This document shows, piece by piece, positions 61,256 through 64,000 of a DNA stretch of 64,000 bases. Positions within the stretch are counted from its first letter, which is position 1, and the number at the start of each line of letters is the position of its first letter. The stretch is taken from contig NMRA01000175.1 in the NCBI GenBank assembly GCA_002633005.1, positions 314,742 through 378,741 on the forward strand, read 5' to 3'. The stretch is from Phoronis australis. Lineage: Eukaryota > Animalia > Phoronida. Position numbers and translations under genes: made by a program. The notes under the pieces are model-generated. The model saw nothing but the letters and a program-made list of their open reading frames with translations. It made no database searches and had not been told where the DNA came from.

Positions 61256-61772
61256 AAGGCCCTTTCATACTAACTTAACTCCGGTATGAGGGTAGCGTCA
61301 ATGTAAACTGCGAAGTTAAATGAATCGTTCATACTAGCTTCGTTAGTTAACGGCATCGAAGTAAACAGTAGGTGATGCTGTTGTCATCGAAGTAATTGCA
61401 AGGTAGCGCTGATGCTTTCCATGCATGCTGAGATTTTTAAATGGGACAATTTGAGAACATTTACATGTGCTAGTTGACATAAAACTTATTTCTAATTCAA
61501 CTGGTGATTATTCGAGTAAAATCTAAGAAATTTAAACGAGGACACTGCCCTTTAATTGTTGGCTATAACAGTGTCCCCTGGCGATAACTTCGATGAGACC
61601 GAAGTTGACCGTTCATACCGCATCGCAGCGTCAACGCTCCGTTGTTAAATCCACCCGTTTACTGCGAAGATAACTGGTGCTGTTAAGTTTGATCCAGGAC
61701 TGAAGTTAACTGTTCATACTGACCGCAATTCCTCAAAACATTGACATGTCGACATTACTGTGATAGGGGCTT
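61256..61772. mobile_element. ~510-bp MITE, copy 2 (diverged)
   Basis: Starts aaggccctttcatactaac; colinear with 28338-28843 (shared acatttacatgtgcta, ctggcgataact, gatccaggac, tgaccgcaattcc); right end degenerate. Confidence 0.78.
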
Positions 61773-63437
61773 AAGAAAGGATGTAAAATTTGTTGTTGTT
61801 TTTATTGGGGTTGTTGGTTTTGCTAAATTCGAGCCACTTCCAGCAATTTGTAAGTCTTCTCTCAATATTCTTTATGATTATCCATTCTTGAAACCAATTG
61901 CCATTGTAACAAAATTAGTTTGTTCCAGGATCTATAACTGAAAGCTCATTATAATTTCCAATATCTTGATAGCTGAGTAGGAAGGAAATTCAAGTTGAAT
62001 ATTTCCTGTCTGTATTTCAGATCAGTGTCGACCATGGTGCTCATGATTGATGTTACCTGAGATGAACAGTGTTGTGACGAGATTATAGTGCCACACCTGA
62101 GATTAACATTATTAATAATGGATTTCTGCTCACCTGCCATGTTTTCCGTACACCTTGTTTTGCTGATTGTTACCATGGTGCAATGGGTGACAGCTGCACC
62201 ATCAGGTAAAAGTTTAATTAAATATGTATTTTTATTAAGTTATGTTTAAAAGTATAAAGCATCTACAGAAGTTTTGCCCTCATTGCAAGAAACTCTTAAT
62301 AAGTTGAGATCTGACGAGCAAACAAAGCTGTAGAATGTTCATGTTTTCTCCATTGTGCTGAAACAAAAAAAATTCATGTTCTTACAATTGGGGTGCTCTT
62401 CAGAGACTTATAAATCAGGTAATGATGGAAAAAATTATAATTTGGTTCGCAAGCAAAATTGATGTTAACCTGTCAGTTTCACTCGTTTCAACGGTTACGT
62501 AATTCTTTCAGTTGCAACTGATGCAATTTATACTATTTTTTCAAATTGAATTTCCGTACATAACCTGACTTGGTTTCAAGGAATAGGTGCTTCTGTGACC
62601 TCGCTTCTCCGGGTTATTGCCCAGGGTGGTTGAACTGGGGAACTCAAAAGTCAGGTAGAGGGCTTTAAGCTTGATGTGAGCATTTAAAAAGAAATTTTCT
62701 GAGAAGTCTGGGCGGGCAATTATCTGAATTATCATTTTCAAACGAAACTTGGTACATGAGTGAGGATATTCGCCCCACCCAAATAAGGCAAACTCTGACT
62801 GTGTTACTCAAATTTATACGAGTTTTGTATGCTTAGGATCAAAATTCGCATGAGACAAGCATGCCTTAAGATGAGTGTGCTTTTAAGAAAATATTGATCA
62901 TATATTGAGGGGTGGGTGTTAGGATGAGCATGGGAGTCTAAATGTAAAAAACTGGAAATTTCATAATTAGGTGTTCACCTGTATGAGTATGATATAAATA
63001 GTAACAAAACTTGCGCATCTAACTTGCAGTCTAAAAGGTTTTAAGTTTTCTGAAATGAAATTTTTGTCTGGTCTTTTCAAAAAACCTAAACCTCAAATTT
63101 TGTACTCAAACCTCGTGAGGGCAGTCTCGTTGGCCATCCGGTTCTTTGTGCAAGAAATTTTCTAGTCTGCATTTATCTTTTCAGAAAATGAAAATTTTTT
63201 TGTGGCTGTGCACCATACATGTAATTATGTTGCAGACTTATTGTGACCATGGTAACCAACTGAGCTTAGTAGCTTGTTATGGCTAAATTGTCCAGAAGTT
63301 GCCTTGGATGCTTTGAATGTCTGTTTTCCTTTGACTCTCCTTACAATGTATTTAGATTTGCATTATGGGACAGTGTCATGTATGCCGCCATTGCTTATGT
63401 TCTCGCAAATACTTTATTCCATTTTCCTATTTTGCAG

Positions 63438-63648
63438 TGCCGAACATCAGTGGTATTCGTACTGGGTTTGCCTGTGAGGGCTACATGTTGAACCTCGACT
63501 GTGCTGAATTCAGTACCAACCATCGGCTTAAGATTGTTGATGTCCTGTATGGACGGCTAAACAGAGTAACATGTGCAAAGGGCCAGGACACGACCTACTG
63601 GAGCATTAACTGTTACTCGAGAGAAGCAGTTCCTATAGTAAAGGAAAG
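63438..63648 (+). CDS. SUEL-type (Gal_Lectin/rhamnose-binding) lectin domain exon; latrophilin/Cirl-like adhesion GPCR or rhamnose-binding lectin, 3'-partial
   Basis: ttttgcag|TG; encodes FACEGYMLNLDC...KIVDVLYGRLNRVTC...INCYSREAVPIVKER, with the ACE, YGR and Cys spacing of SUEL domains; donor AG|gtaaaa just before the next conserved Cys. Confidence 0.85.
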
Positions 63649-63726
63649 GTAAAATGGCATACCGTAACTGTGGCAAAATCTGTGATGTGATACCACTTTT
63701 CTGTACAAAAACATTAAAAATATTTC

Positions 63727-64000
63727 ATTTTTATTATGCGCCCACATATTTATATGTGGACGCATTATGCCGTCATCTCTGTCCGTCCGTCCGTCCGTCC
63801 GGCGTCCGGCGTCCGCGGCTCTATCTCCAAAACCCTTTGACATACGTTCATGAAATTTGGCACATATGTTCCATTCATGAATGGGACGGCATGTGCGAAC
63901 TTTCGGACGGATCCGACTACCGGTGTGCCCCCTAGTGGCAATTTTAGTTTTTTACGCTTACCTTTGTATCTTCAAAAGTCCTGAACGGATTTTCATGAAA
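63727..64000 (+). mobile_element. Helentron-associated interspersed element (HINE / DINE-1 / pearl-like), runs off the window
   Basis: T-rich start, subterminal hairpin tgcgcccacatat-tt-atatgtggacgca (63737-63764), (GTCC)n microsatellite, then core repeat units containing ttcatgaaa. Confidence 0.7.

Overview
This is eukaryotic (metazoan) genomic DNA, AT-rich and intron-containing. It looks like a marine invertebrate, possibly a lophotrochozoan, but the species cannot be determined from the sequence. Three spliced genes can be reconstructed by hand. (1) MAP3K1/MEKK1 on + (16 visible exons, 1266-12813, 5' end outside the window) carries SWIM, RING/PHD, TOG-like, UIM-like and kinase regions, and one of its introns is GC-AG. 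(2) A typical 2-Cys peroxiredoxin on - (4 coding exons, 16197-19058) lies tail-to-tail with MAP3K1. An upstream 114-codon exon (21150-21491) splices in frame and would add an N-terminus starting MGCVQC, identical to the first six residues of the Fyn kinase SH4 acylation signal. This putative lipid-anchored peroxiredoxin isoform is the most interesting observation. (3) The 5' end of a secreted or membrane SUEL/Gal-lectin-domain gene on + (latrophilin-like or rhamnose-binding lectin) has a signal-peptide exon at 60708-60780 and a lectin exon at 63438-63648. Introns and intergenic DNA contain many short non-autonomous DNA transposons (several as two copies), a decayed Penelope-like GIY-YIG fragment, Helentron-associated-like repeats with CTCF-like motifs, two palindromes, micro- and minisatellites, and one 595-nt N gap. 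All calls come from manual reading; no searches were run.
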